This document shows, in pieces, positions 35,520 through 45,818 of a stretch of 64,000 nucleotides of DNA. The stretch comes from Candidatus Latescibacterota bacterium (lineage in GTDB: Bacteria; Latescibacterota; UBA2968; UBA8231). The stretch spans positions 1,024,001 to 1,088,000 of the forward strand of contig CBDAOB010000003.1 in assembly GCA_965197905.1 (NCBI GenBank), read 5' to 3'. Every line of letters begins with the position of its first letter. Position 1 is the first letter of the stretch. The notes below the pieces were generated by a model, which saw only the letters and a program-made list of their open reading frames with translations, had not been told where the DNA came from and ran no database searches. Made by a program: the position numbers and the translations under genes.

Positions 35520-37127
35520 TCAGGAGCTGCAGGACAACATGGAGCAGCCAGCACGGTGCCGAGCCCAATCGGGTCGTTTGGCGGCGAACTCCTCTTTTGA
35601 CGGCTGTTCGTCGTAGGGGTGGCGCAACAGCTCGAGCAGCTCGACCACCATCGAGTTGTCCCCTCCCTCCGCCTTGTCGATGGCCAGCTGGGCCAGGTAG
35701 TTCCGCAGCACGTATTTGGGATTGACCGCGTTCATGCGTTCTCGGCGGATCGCATCGGGGGTGCCGTCTTGTCGCACCCGCTCCTGGTATCGCCTGATCC
35801 AGTTGGCGATGCGGGCGCGCCGATCGTCGTTTAATTCATCGGGCGTGTAATACGCATCCATCAGCGGTGCCATCAAATCGGCGGCCGCGGTCTCCGGCGG
35901 GGGATCTGGATGCACCTGAAGATCCGCCAGCTTGCGAAAGAAGATCGTCATATCGGTTTCAGCCAACTGCAACACCTCGAGCAGCTCGGCGACAAGCGGA
36001 GCGTCGGTCTCGGCGTCGAAGGTGTCCAGCCCCAGCTTTCGCCCCATCATCTGCTGCCAGGCCTGGTTGTATTGCTCGGGAAACCGATCCAGTGCCGTTT
36101 GCAATGGTTCCACCTCCTCCATCAACGGCGCCAGGGAGTTAGCCAGCTGAAAGAGGTTCCACAAAGCGATCTGCGACTGGTGTCCGAAGCGATACCGTCG
36201 TCCGCCCGCGTCGGTGGTGTTCGGCGTCCAATCCGGATCGTAATCCTCGAGCCAGCCGTACGGGCCGTAGTCGATGGTCAATCCGAGAATCGACATGTTG
36301 TCCGTGTTCATCACCCCATGGACGAACCCGACGCGCATCCAGTGAACGATCATCTCGGCGGTGGTGCGGCAGACCTCGTCGAACAACTCGACGTAGGTTT
36401 CGACCGAGGGTTTACCAAGGTGAGGGAAATCGACACAGACCGTGTAATCCAGAAGCTGCTTGAGAACCTCCAGCTCGCGACGGGCGGTGAAGATCTCGAA
36501 GCTGCCGAATCTGGTGAAAGAGGGGGACACGCGGCAGACGATGGCGCCCGGCTCAGACTTCGGGTTTCCGTCGTAGAACATGTCCCGCACAACCTCATCG
36601 CCGGTGGTGACGAGGCAGAGCGCGCGGGTGGTGGGAACCCCCAGATGGTACATCGCTTCACTGCAGAGAAACTCGCGCACCGATGATCGCAGCACCGCGA
36701 GCCCGTCGGCGGTACGGGAGTAGGGCGTCGGGCCGGCACCTTTGAGCTGCAGGGCCCAGCGCCGGTCCTCGTGATTGATGGTCTCACCCAGATTGATGGC
36801 ACGGCCGTCGCCCAGCTGACCCGCCCAGTTGCCGAACTGATGTCCGCCGTAACAGGTGGCGTACGGGTCCATGCGGTTGAGGATCCGGTTGCCGGCGAAC
36901 ACCTGCGCGAAGTCGTCGCTCTGACAGGTTTCTTCCTCTATTCCCAGTTCCGTCGAAACCTCCCGGGCATACGCAACCAGCTGCGGTTTAGACACCTGGA
37001 CGGGATCCACCCTCGAGAAGCAGGCGCCAGGCACCTGCCGGCGGTAGTTCTCGGCAACGGGGTCGGCGGGTAATTCCCGCGTGAAGCGGTTGTCGAAGGT
37101 GAGTGTATCCAGGCTCTGGCAGATCAA
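35520..37127 (-). CDS. selO: Protein adenylyltransferase SelO (YdiU family)
   Basis: Motifs YGGHQFG.WAGQLGDGRA, LQLKGAG.TPYSR.ADG.AVLRSS.RE, GFVHGVMNTDN, NPKYVLRN and C-terminal SCSS. Confidence 0.95.
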   Translation of the reverse strand: MICQSLDTLTFDNRFTRELPADPVAENYRRQVPGACFSRVDPVQVSKPQLVAYAREVSTELGIEEETCQSDDFAQVFAGNRILNRMDPYATCYGGHQFGNWAGQLGDGRAINLGETINHEDRRWALQLKGAGPTPYSRTADGLAVLRSSVREFLCSEAMYHLGVPTTRALCLVTTGDEVVRDMFYDGNPKSEPGAIVCRVSPSFTRFGSFEIFTARRELEVLKQLLDYTVCVDFPHLGKPSVETYVELFDEVCRTTAEMIVHWMRVGFVHGVMNTDNMSILGLTIDYGPYGWLEDYDPDWTPNTTDAGGRRYRFGHQSQIALWNLFQLANSLAPLMEEVEPLQTALDRFPEQYNQAWQQMMGRKLGLDTFDAETDAPLVAELLEVLQLAETDMTIFFRKLADLQVHPDPPPETAAADLMAPLMDAYYTPDELNDDRRARIANWIRRYQERVRQDGTPDAIRRERMNAVNPKYVLRNYLAQLAIDKAEGGDNSMVVELLELLRHPYDEQPSKEEFAAKRPDWARHRAGCSMLSCSS

Positions 37128-37240
37128 AAAACGCTCTCCTATTTTTAATGGCCGACAATGGAGTATATGAAGGCGTACGCATCCGTCAACGCGATGCGGT
37201 GCGCGATCTGGCCACCTGGAACAAGGAGCCTACTACAGAC

Positions 37241-38209
37241 ATGCATCTGGGACTGAAGTTCAAGCTCGACGATCTGACCGAAGATAACCTGCGATTTGCT
37301 CAGCAGATGGGGGTGACCCACATCGTGCTCCATAGCCCCCGCCTGGTAAAAAACGGCGCGCTGGACTATCACATGCTGCTGGAAAAACGGGAATTCATAG
37401 CCTCATTCGGACTACAGTGGACCGCTATTGAAAACCTCGCTACCGAGCACTGGGGAGATGTCGTCGAGGGCGCTGCACAGCGCGACGAAGGCATCGAGAA
37501 TGTCTGCAGAACGCTCGAGAATATGGGCAAAGTGGGCATACCTATCCTTGGATATTACTTCTCGTTGGCCGGAGGAGGGCACTGGCGCTCCTACGACACC
37601 AACGGAGGCCGTGGAGGAGCCGGCATCAAGAGCTTCGACTACGAGAAGGTCAAAGACGCGCCCCCCAGCAGACATGCGCCGGTCAGCGTTGAAGAGATGT
37701 GGGAGCACCTGGCCTATTTTCTCGAACGGGTAGTTCCGGTAGCGGAGAAGGCAGGTGTTAAATTAGCCGCGCATCCAAACGACCCACCGGCTGAAATACT
37801 GCAGGGCGTGGGCTGTATGTTGACCAGCCACGATGCCATGCAGCGCCACATCGACCTGGTGCCGAGTCCGAACAATGGTCTGGAGTTCTGCCAGGGAACC
37901 GTCGCCGAGATGGGGCCGGCGTCCACGATCGACGCCATCCGTCGCTTCGCGTCGCAGGGGAAGATCTTCTACGTCCACTTCCGCAACGTATGCGGTCAGT
38001 TCCCGAAGTTTGACGAGGTTTTTATAGACGAAGGAGACGTAAACATGATCGCGGCGCTCAAGGCATATAAGGATGCGGGATACGACGGGATTATCACCCC
38101 TGACCATTCACCCCGAGTGGTGGGTGACACGAACTATCACCATCGGGGCAGGGCGTTTGCGCTGGGTTATATCCGTGCGGCGATGCAGGCGCTGGACACC
38201 CTCGACTGA
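37241..38209 (+). CDS. Mannonate dehydratase (UxuA)-family protein
   Basis: Motifs FLE.VVPVAE.AGV.LA.HP.DPP, GLEFCQG, YVHFRNV, E.FIDEG.V.M, PDH.P and GRAFA.GY. Confidence 0.85.
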   Translation: MHLGLKFKLDDLTEDNLRFAQQMGVTHIVLHSPRLVKNGALDYHMLLEKREFIASFGLQWTAIENLATEHWGDVVEGAAQRDEGIENVCRTLENMGKVGIPILGYYFSLAGGGHWRSYDTNGGRGGAGIKSFDYEKVKDAPPSRHAPVSVEEMWEHLAYFLERVVPVAEKAGVKLAAHPNDPPAEILQGVGCMLTSHDAMQRHIDLVPSPNNGLEFCQGTVAEMGPASTIDAIRRFASQGKIFYVHFRNVCGQFPKFDEVFIDEGDVNMIAALKAYKDAGYDGIITPDHSPRVVGDTNYHHRGRAFALGYIRAAMQALDTLD

Positions 38210-38257
38210 GTAACGGGGATGACGGGCGTGCCTTGGGAGCTGACGCCTGCTTAGCTG

Positions 38258-39238
38258 TCAGCGCACGTTCACCGATTTTTTCTGTTTAGCCGCCTTGTAT
38301 ACGGCATCGCTGAGCCGGGCAACCTGCAAAGCGTATGCCGGCGGCTCGTACCCCTTGCCACCGTTGCGGATCCAGCGCAGGAGGGCAGCGTCGGGTGTGT
38401 CCTCCTTTATCCTGGCGGGAATGGACAGCGGTTCGCCGTTGAGGAACGGCTGGCCAACCTGCCATTGATGCTTCTGGAGAACCAGGACCCCTTTACTTCC
38501 GTGTATCGCAAGACGTTCGTCGTGGCGCGGGGTGCAGCCTACGTAGCTCAAGGACAGCTGTGCCCCATTCTTGCAGACCGCGCTGAGCACCGTGTCTAGG
38601 TCCACCGGCTTGTCGCGGTTGTCTACATACGCCGAAACCTTCGTGGGTTCCACTCCCGTTACCCACAGCGCCGCGGCGGTCAAATGGCTTCCAGTATCCA
38701 TGAACATGCCGCCACCGGCCAGCTCCGGAACGTGCCGCCAGTTGCCGGCCAGGCCCCAATCCTGGGTCACGTAGCCGATAACCGAACGAATCTTGCCCAG
38801 CTTACCCTTTTGGACGAGTTCGCGGGCGTAAACATAGGTGGGGAAGAAGTGGCGTTGGTAGGCGACCACCAGAAAGCGCTTTTGCTTGGCGGCGAGCTCG
38901 AGCAGCTTCTTCGAGTGGTTGCCAGAGATGGTGAGTGGTTTTTCCACCAGGACGTGCGCCCCGCACTCAAGGGCCATCTGCGCATGCGGGAAATGATGGG
39001 CGTGGGGTGAGCTGATCCAGACCGCGTCCAGCTCTTCACCGCGAAGCATCTGTTTATAGTCGCTGTAGTACGGCGCCGGAGTGCCCCAATTCTCAAGGAG
39101 CAAACGCGCGTTTGACTCGACCACGTCGACGACCGCGGCCAACTCAACGGCGCCGTCTGCCTTCAGGCGCCGCATGTGGGCCCCGCTCATGTTGCCGCCG
39201 CACCCGATAAGCCCGATTCGAATCTTCTTTTTCGCCAT
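38258..39238 (-). CDS. Gfo/Idh/MocA family oxidoreductase
   Basis: Motifs IGLIGCG, HVLVEKP and GGG.FMDTGSH. Confidence 0.9.
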   Translation of the reverse strand: MAKKKIRIGLIGCGGNMSGAHMRRLKADGAVELAAVVDVVESNARLLLENWGTPAPYYSDYKQMLRGEELDAVWISSPHAHHFPHAQMALECGAHVLVEKPLTISGNHSKKLLELAAKQKRFLVVAYQRHFFPTYVYARELVQKGKLGKIRSVIGYVTQDWGLAGNWRHVPELAGGGMFMDTGSHLTAAALWVTGVEPTKVSAYVDNRDKPVDLDTVLSAVCKNGAQLSLSYVGCTPRHDERLAIHGSKGVLVLQKHQWQVGQPFLNGEPLSIPARIKEDTPDAALLRWIRNGGKGYEPPAYALQVARLSDAVYKAAKQKKSVNVR

Positions 39239-39268
39239 TGATCAATCCTTGTTGGTTGAAGGCCGTCG

Positions 39269-40249
39269 TTAAGCGTCCATCTCTTCCCCAAGGCCCGTCG
39301 AAACCGTGTCCAGCTCGGCCAGCAGGTCCTCATCTAGTTTCCAGCCCACCGCTCCCACAACGTCGTCCAGATGTTCGATCCGGTCACTTCCCGAGATGGC
39401 TACGGTGACTTCGTGTTGAGCCAGCACCCAGGCCATCGCCAACTGTGCCGGACTCTTGCCGATCTTCTCCGCCGTTTCCAGCACCGCTGCAACGACACGA
39501 CCTACCTGTCCTTCCATCAGCAACGGGTAGGCATCCTTACGCCGTGTCGCCCACAGCGAACCCCTCGGGGCGGGCTCACCCGGGCGGTAGAAGCCGCTCA
39601 AGAGGCCGACGCCAAGTGGACTGTACGCCATAAATCCCAGTCCAAATTCACGCACCGCGCCGAAAAGCTCGGTTTCCGGTCCTCTAGTGAGCAGGTTGTA
39701 CTTATTCTGTACGCAGATGAAGGGTGCGGCATTGAGGCGATCGGCCACCCAAAGAGCGTGGCAGACCTGCCAGGCCTGGAAGTTGCAGCAGCCCACGTAC
39801 AGCACCTTGCCGCTGCGCACCAGATCGTCCAGCGCGCGAACCGTTTCATCAAGCGGCGTGGTCTCATCGAAGCTGTGCACCAGGTAGACGTCGATGTGAT
39901 CGGTCTGCAGCCGCTTGAGGGAATTCTCCACCTCGCGCATGACATGGAATCGCGAGGCGCCTTTGTCGTTGGAGCCATCGCCCAAGGGACTTGCGACTTT
40001 CGAGGTTATCACTACCTCGCGGCGCCTGTCCTTGAGCACGTTACCGAGGATCTGCTCCGACAGACCCCGATACTTGCGGTCGTCCATGGTGCCGTAGACG
40101 TTGGCGCAATCGATCAGATTGATGCCCCGGTCGATGGCATGGTTGATCAGGCCCTCCGCCTCCTCCCGGCTGTCCTGCCCCCGCAAGCCTAAACCCAACG
40201 CAATGCGGCTTACCTTGACGCCCGCAGTGCCGAAATTCACGTACTCCAT
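39269..40249 (-). CDS. Aldo/keto reductase
   Basis: Start MEYVNFG. Motifs IDCANVYG, TDHIDVY.VH, GCCNF and QNKYNLL. Confidence 0.9.
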   Translation of the reverse strand: MEYVNFGTAGVKVSRIALGLGLRGQDSREEAEGLINHAIDRGINLIDCANVYGTMDDRKYRGLSEQILGNVLKDRRREVVITSKVASPLGDGSNDKGASRFHVMREVENSLKRLQTDHIDVYLVHSFDETTPLDETVRALDDLVRSGKVLYVGCCNFQAWQVCHALWVADRLNAAPFICVQNKYNLLTRGPETELFGAVREFGLGFMAYSPLGVGLLSGFYRPGEPAPRGSLWATRRKDAYPLLMEGQVGRVVAAVLETAEKIGKSPAQLAMAWVLAQHEVTVAISGSDRIEHLDDVVGAVGWKLDEDLLAELDTVSTGLGEEMDA

Positions 40250-40399
40250 GATCACTTGTTTTCTGTTCAGTCTGTTTCGGGTTCGAGAGCATGAAGATAA
40301 CGCACGATCCGTTTCGATGCCGTACGTGCCAGGAACCCTCGAAATCTTGCATTGGCCGCCTTCGTGGGCTATCCTGATCGCCGCAAGGAGGAACCTCAA

Positions 40400-40855
40400 A
40401 TGATAGTTGATAAACTGAGCAATGCACCTTTGTATTACGGTCTTGGCGAGCGTTTCAAGGCGGGTTTCGAATACCTGCAGTCCACCGATTTTTCCTCAAT
40501 GGAGAAGGGTGAATACCCGGTTTCCGGCAAGGAGATCTACTTGGTTATGGCACATTCCCAACCGCGCGAGCGCAGTACGGCGCAGTACGAGGCGCACCGG
40601 CAATACGTCGACCTGCAATACGTGGTAAAGGGCAGCGACCTCATGGGATACGCGCCGTTGGACCAACTACAGGTAACTCAAGAGTACGATGCGGAGACCG
40701 ACGCGCTGCTGGCCACAGGCAGCGGCGATTTTTTGCGGACCTCGCCAGGCATGTTTTTTATGTTCGGCCCGCAGGATGCCCATATGCCGGCGGTCAAGGG
40801 TGAAAACACGGATGATGCAACGATCAAAGCTGTGCTGAAGGTGCTCGTCGATTAG
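40400..40855 (+). CDS. YhcH/YjgK/YiaL family protein (NanQ-like)
   Basis: Motifs EAHRQYVDLQY, YD.E.D and F.PQDAHMP. AGGAGG RBS. Confidence 0.88.
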   Translation: MIVDKLSNAPLYYGLGERFKAGFEYLQSTDFSSMEKGEYPVSGKEIYLVMAHSQPRERSTAQYEAHRQYVDLQYVVKGSDLMGYAPLDQLQVTQEYDAETDALLATGSGDFLRTSPGMFFMFGPQDAHMPAVKGENTDDATIKAVLKVLVD

Positions 40856-40896
40856 TAGGTAACGTCTAGCAGAATTTTTCGCGACAGGAGAATACA

Positions 40897-42144
40897 GTGG
40901 CAGCTGTCAAACCAGATACGGTGGTGATTGTTGGCGCCGGCATCGCCGGCCTATGTACCGCCTTCCACGTCAAGGAAAAAGGGGTGAACCGGGTCGTCCT
41001 GCTCGACAAGGGCAAGGTGGGCAGCGGGTCGAGCAGCAGGTCGGGGGCGGTGAACACCATGCTCATGTCCACCGAAACCGGAACCCGGGCTCGGGCCATC
41101 ACCATGGATATCTTCGAGCGCTTCAGCAAGATCCTCGACAACTACTCGTTCCATCAGGTGGGATGTATGTACATCAGCACGGAGCAGCAGTATCGAGATT
41201 CCGAGCACGAGCAGGAGATGCACACGCGCTGCGGCGCCAAATTCGAGATTCTGCGCCGCAAGGATATGGAAAAGCGCTACCCGGCTCTACGCATCAAAGA
41301 CGACGAATACTGCGTTATCGATCTGCGCGGTGGCTGGAATGAGCCGGACACCTATATCGCGGCGCTGTCGGCCAAGATACGGGAGATGGGGGTGGAGGTT
41401 CTCGAGGACGATCCAGTGGAGGAGTTCATTCAAGAAGACGGGAAAGTAAAAGGGGTGCGGGCGCGCCAGGCGGGGGAGCTACGGGCGGACGCAACCGTTT
41501 GTACGCTCAACGCCTGGGCGAATTCACTGATGACCGGTGTCGGTCAGCCTATCCCTGCCCACAACTACGTGCACGAACGCTTCATGTCGGCGCCTTTTGC
41601 GGAGGTGCCGGACATGCCGGCCACCAACGACAACGCCGGCCAGATCTATTACCGGCCCACCGAAGACAATCGGATACTCTTCGGCACCGGTGCCCACGAA
41701 CCGGTGCGACACACGATGCCCGGTATCGATTTCGACTACTCGCAGCTGGAGCTGCACCCGGCGCCCGAACAGTTCATCAGAAACGCGATTCGCGAACGGA
41801 TGCCGATCATGGAAGGGGTCGAGCTGGAACAGCACCGGATCGGCTTAATTAGCATGACCGCGGATACCTTTCCCAACATCGGCCCGGTGGGAGCGCTTCC
41901 CGGGTTATTTCTAGGCTGTAACTTCAACTCCGGTGGGTTCGGCTATCACGCCGTGGCCGGTCTTCTGCTTTCCGAGTTCATCGTCGACGGGCAGACCCGC
42001 ATCGATGTCGCCGACTTCTCCCCGGACCGCTTCAAGGATATCGACGTGGAGGCTTATCTGGCCGAGGACAGGAAATACAAAGAGGCCTGGAAGCCGGCGC
42101 CGAGCAACGAGAATCGCGAGAAACCCTTGGTCCGGAGATTCTAA
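40897..42144 (+). CDS. FAD-binding oxidoreductase (sarcosine oxidase beta/DadA-like)
   Basis: Motifs IVGAGIAG, GSSSRSG, TAD.FP.IG, GFG and FSPDRF. Confidence 0.85.
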   Translation: MAAVKPDTVVIVGAGIAGLCTAFHVKEKGVNRVVLLDKGKVGSGSSSRSGAVNTMLMSTETGTRARAITMDIFERFSKILDNYSFHQVGCMYISTEQQYRDSEHEQEMHTRCGAKFEILRRKDMEKRYPALRIKDDEYCVIDLRGGWNEPDTYIAALSAKIREMGVEVLEDDPVEEFIQEDGKVKGVRARQAGELRADATVCTLNAWANSLMTGVGQPIPAHNYVHERFMSAPFAEVPDMPATNDNAGQIYYRPTEDNRILFGTGAHEPVRHTMPGIDFDYSQLELHPAPEQFIRNAIRERMPIMEGVELEQHRIGLISMTADTFPNIGPVGALPGLFLGCNFNSGGFGYHAVAGLLLSEFIVDGQTRIDVADFSPDRFKDIDVEAYLAEDRKYKEAWKPAPSNENREKPLVRRF

Positions 42145-42149
42145 GACCA

Positions 42150-43664
42150 GTGAAGACAGGCAATCTCTATGATCCGGGGTTGCATCTGTTCCTGGATGAC
42201 GCCGAGGTACAGGATCATCCCGGCTTCATCCGCAAGGTGCAACAGCCGGAACGGGTCGGCAGTGGACCCGTGCTGAGTCCCGATCGGCCGTGGGAAGGCA
42301 AGGCAGTGCAGATGTGGGGCGGCGCGCTCTATGACGCCGATGAAGACCTCTTCAAGATGTGGTATTACTCCGTAAACATGGAGCTCTACAACCGCGATCG
42401 CACCGGGATGTACATCTGCTATGCGACCTCGAAGGATGCGGTCAACTGGGAGAAGCCGGAGCTGGGCATTTGTTGAGAGCGAGGGGTCGAAGGCAAATAA
42501 TATCGTTTTTCCGCCACCGGGCGAAACGGATCTAGGCGCGGATCCATGGGGTGTGGTGAAGGACGAGGCCGAAGAGGATCCGCAGAAGCGGTTCAAGATG
42601 CTGGTCTACCAGCAGCGCCCGACCCCAGACGCACCGGTCTTCGACGAAGTGGGCATGACCAGGGAGGAGAAGAACGCGGCGCGGAAACGGCAGTTCCTGG
42701 TGATCAAGGACCACATCGGCGGCTACCCCGTGTTCTCGCCCGACGGCTTGCGCTGGACTCAGGGTGACTACATCTGCGTGCCGCGAGCCGGCGATGGCGG
42801 TACCCTGGTGCACGATCCAATGAAACAACGTTTTATCGCTACTTCCCGCCGCTACGGCACAGTGTTAGACCACTTCGTGATCGAATGGAAGCGGTACCGT
42901 CGGGTAATCTCCATATGCACCAGCGAAAACTTCGTCGACTGGTCCCCACAGAAGACCGTCATCAAGCCCGATGATCTCGACGATCCCCTCGATCAGTTCT
43001 ACGTGATGCCGCCTTGTGTGTCACGGGAACCAGTACATCGGTTTCCTGGGGCCGCAACACGGGGCGACCGAGTTGGGACCGACCCAGCTGGTGTCTTCGC
43101 GGGATCTGGAGCATTGGGAGCGGGTGGGAAAGAGAGAGGAGTTTCTCCCGGTGGGACCGTCGGGTGGTTTTGACGGCGCCTGGGCAACGATCGCCCCCGG
43201 CTCACCAGTTCTGGTGGATGACACCTTGTACCTGTGGTACAATGGACGACCGCAGGCGCACGGCACCGAAGGGATGTTCCAGAGCTATATCGGCGCGGTC
43301 AAAATGCGCAAGGATCGTTTTGTGGCGCTGCGTTGCGGGATCCGCGGAGCCGAGATGATGACCGAGCCGGTCACCCGTTTCCGGCGCCAAGCTATACCTC
43401 AATGCCACTACCCTGTTCGGTGAGGTAAAGGTACGCGTGGTCGACGATTACACGGTGCCGGAAGGATTCGATCTGGACGATTGCAACGGGCTGGATCACG
43501 ACGACCTCACCGGCTTCGAGATCACCTGGGGCGACGAACGCCGCGACCTGTCGCAGTTCGCCGGCCGGCAAGTGCGGCTCCACATCTCTGCTACCAACGC
43601 CACCAGCCTGTTCTCCTACCGGTTCTCGGATCCTGAGCACACGGCTAAACCGAAAAAGCCCTGA
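42150..43664 (+). pseudogene. Five-bladed beta-propeller (GH32/GH130-like) protein split by three +1 frameshifts (real or sequencing error)
   Basis: Removing one base each at about 42470 (TTT), 43020 and 43375 (CCC) restores a ~503-aa ORF colinear with 46758-48260. Confidence 0.75.
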
Positions 43665-43744
43665 TCGGCGGTGCCGGCCAGGGCCATCGTGGAGTGTGAG
43701 CGTGGGCGGCAGCCTGTTCTACTCCGCCGTGACGTCGATCTCCG

Positions 43745-44869
43745 TCAGTCGCGTAGAATCAACAGCGCTCGGGCGTGTGCCTGCACCGGATACGTCTCCG
43801 CCACCGGACCGGCGAATATCGCCTCAACCGTCTGACCCGGTTTGATCTCCGCGAACGGCACCTTGACGAATTCATCCCCATCGATGTAGCCGATGAAGGT
43901 GCCTGTTGTAATGGTCAGCCATGCTCGATCCACGTTGGTATCTTCCTCCACCCGTCCCTCGATGAGAAGCACGGCGACTATCTCCTCATTCCTGTTGTCG
44001 GGTACGGAGATCTCGGTGACACTGCCGCGGATGTCGACCTTGGGGCGGGGAAGTGGCTCCCCATCATCCGCGTCGACGTCGCCTGGCGCAACCGGATCGA
44101 CAACGATGACCGGCCCGGAATCGCCACCAGGCACGGACACACCACCATCGTCGTCAGCGTCGTCATAATGAGGATAGCGAGCCTTGGCCTGCAAGCTGCC
44201 GTCCTCAGTGCTCATAATCCAGGTGGTGGGCTCTTCGACCGGTACCGCCTGCCGCGGAACTACGGCGAACGTGAACGGATACGAGATCACCTGGGCTGCC
44301 AATTCCCCTGGTGACGGGTCCCTCAGGCTTATGGTCACCCGGACGCTGCTCCCATCGTACTCCACTGTCTCGACGTCAATGCCGTAACCGGCGGTGCGCA
44401 CTTCGCCGCGAAAGGCCACGACCAGCCAGCTCGTTTTGAAGTCGACCTCTTCAATAGCGGCCTGCAGATCGGCGTTACCCAGAAGATGGGCCATACGTGC
44501 CGCCTCCGCCGGGTCGCCGGTCACGAAGAGTCTCGGATGCGCCACCGCATCCTCCGACAGTCTCCCTGGAGGGGCAACGGCCGGCTCGTCCCCGGGTTCA
44601 AGTATGGGTGAGGTGACCGCCAGGAAGAGCCGAAAATCCTCCTCGGTAATCTCCCCGTCACCGTTCAGATCGGCCGCGAGATCGGTCTGCAGCCAGTCCT
44701 TGAGGTTCACGAAAGCGTCCGGGTGAGGTTCCCCGGGCGCGATCCCCAGCGGCTGTCCGTTTTCCGCGGCCGAGGGGTCTTCGCCCGGCGCCGATACCGG
44801 ATCGACCCCGCTGCAGCCGGTGATGGCAATGGCCGCCAGGGCCATTAAAGCAACGATCCTGAGATACAT
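43745..44869 (-). CDS. Lipoprotein with EF-hand/dockerin-like loop, PrcB C-terminal-like and DUF3221-like domains
   Basis: Lipobox ITGC. Motifs DLNGDGEITEED, VDF.....V.AF.G...T.GY.I.V...AQVISYP and GQ.VE..F.GPVAETYPVQA.A. Confidence 0.7.
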   Translation of the reverse strand: MYLRIVALMALAAIAITGCSGVDPVSAPGEDPSAAENGQPLGIAPGEPHPDAFVNLKDWLQTDLAADLNGDGEITEEDFRLFLAVTSPILEPGDEPAVAPPGRLSEDAVAHPRLFVTGDPAEAARMAHLLGNADLQAAIEEVDFKTSWLVVAFRGEVRTAGYGIDVETVEYDGSSVRVTISLRDPSPGELAAQVISYPFTFAVVPRQAVPVEEPTTWIMSTEDGSLQAKARYPHYDDADDDGGVSVPGGDSGPVIVVDPVAPGDVDADDGEPLPRPKVDIRGSVTEISVPDNRNEEIVAVLLIEGRVEEDTNVDRAWLTITTGTFIGYIDGDEFVKVPFAEIKPGQTVEAIFAGPVAETYPVQAHARALLILRD

Positions 44870-44934
44870 ACCAAAATCTCCGTTAGTTAAGGTTAAGGGA
44901 GGGAGCCTTGCCCCCGAACTTCCAATGGCCCTAT

Positions 44935-44950
44935 GGCAATCGGCATGCCA
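44935..44950 (-). promoter_or_regulatory. Sigma54 (-24/-12) promoter
   Basis: Minus-strand TGGCATGCCGATTGCC against consensus TGGCACG-N4-TTGCW, about 65 nt upstream of the lipoprotein start. An AT-rich tract and a palindrome lie upstream. Confidence 0.65.
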
Positions 44951-45267
44951 GAGGTTTCGAACGCCTGTGTTGCTGCATAAATATGTTGTTAAGATATTGT
45001 AAATACACGAATTGAGATATTTTGAGGAACAAATCTGGAGAGGGTGAAGAGGGCAGAATGTCGAGCGCCACTCTCAACTTTTCAGGGGAATATCGTCAGA
45101 ATTCTGATGAATCGACTGCGAGACCCCGAAATAGAAATAGTTTGGAGCCGGGGAGTACGTGCCGTATTTTTCTGCCAATTGGTGATGCGGCTCACGACGC
45201 GTGGGCCGTTCCGTCACTAGATTAAAGTTACTATTCGATCCCATCACATCTCTAGCAAGGAGACCGG

Positions 45268-45690
45268 ATGATGTTCAAGAAAATACTGATGTTGACCTGT
45301 GGACTGGCGCTGTTCGCGGCGGACGTCCAGGCCATGAGCCACGAGGAGGGCGAGGGCGGCCGGAGAGGCCCCCGCCATCCCCATCTGATGATTCCGCTGC
45401 CCCCTGACGTTGAACTTCCCCCACGCGAAGACGGTCCCGAGGCCTACGTTGAGGCTGCCATTGCCGCTCTCGACCGCAATGGAAACGGTGCATTGGACGC
45501 CGAGGAAATCCTCGCTGCGATGAAGAAGATGCGGGATCATAGGAGGGAGCGCCGTGAGGGTGGTGGTGGCTGCGGTGGTGAAGGTGGATGCGGTGGCGAT
45601 GACCATGACCACGACCATGATCACGATGATGGCGGTGGCTGTGGTGGATGTGGCGGCTGTGGAGGTTGCGGCGGCGATGATGAGGAGTAA
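45268..45690 (+). CDS. Small secreted EF-hand protein with His/Asp and Cys-Gly-Gly repeat tail
   Basis: AAGGAG RBS, signal peptide ending VQA, EF-hand DRNGNGALDAEE, tail GGCGGEGGCGGDDHDHDHDHDDGGGCGGCGGCGGCGGDDEE. Confidence 0.8.
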   Translation: MMFKKILMLTCGLALFAADVQAMSHEEGEGGRRGPRHPHLMIPLPPDVELPPREDGPEAYVEAAIAALDRNGNGALDAEEILAAMKKMRDHRRERREGGGGCGGEGGCGGDDHDHDHDHDDGGGCGGCGGCGGCGGDDEE

Positions 45691-45753
45691 TCGAACCCCG
45701 CTGGGTCTCCTGGCTTGATCGCTATGTAGACTGCGCAGAGTCAGGCAGAACAT

Positions 45754-45789
45754 GAAAACGGGCAAGGTGGCTGGCACCTGCCCGTTTTC
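45754..45789. terminator. Probable bidirectional intrinsic terminator
   Basis: Stem GAAAACGGGC-A-AGGTG / CACCT-GCCCGTTTTC between convergent genes. Confidence 0.7.
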
Positions 45790-45818
45790 TTTGTCACTCG
45801 CTATGGAACCGCGATCGA

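Noticed and set aside
35520..35545. Possible selenocysteine in SelO (TGA after CSMLSCSS)
   Set aside because: The redox position is an ordinary Cys codon in SCSS. The TGA falls at the normal C-terminus, so it is a plain stop.
45556..45690. GGT/GGC-rich repeats as a CRISPR array or VNTR
   Set aside because: There is no repeat-spacer structure and no cas genes. The repeats are codon-degenerate and explained by the protein tail.
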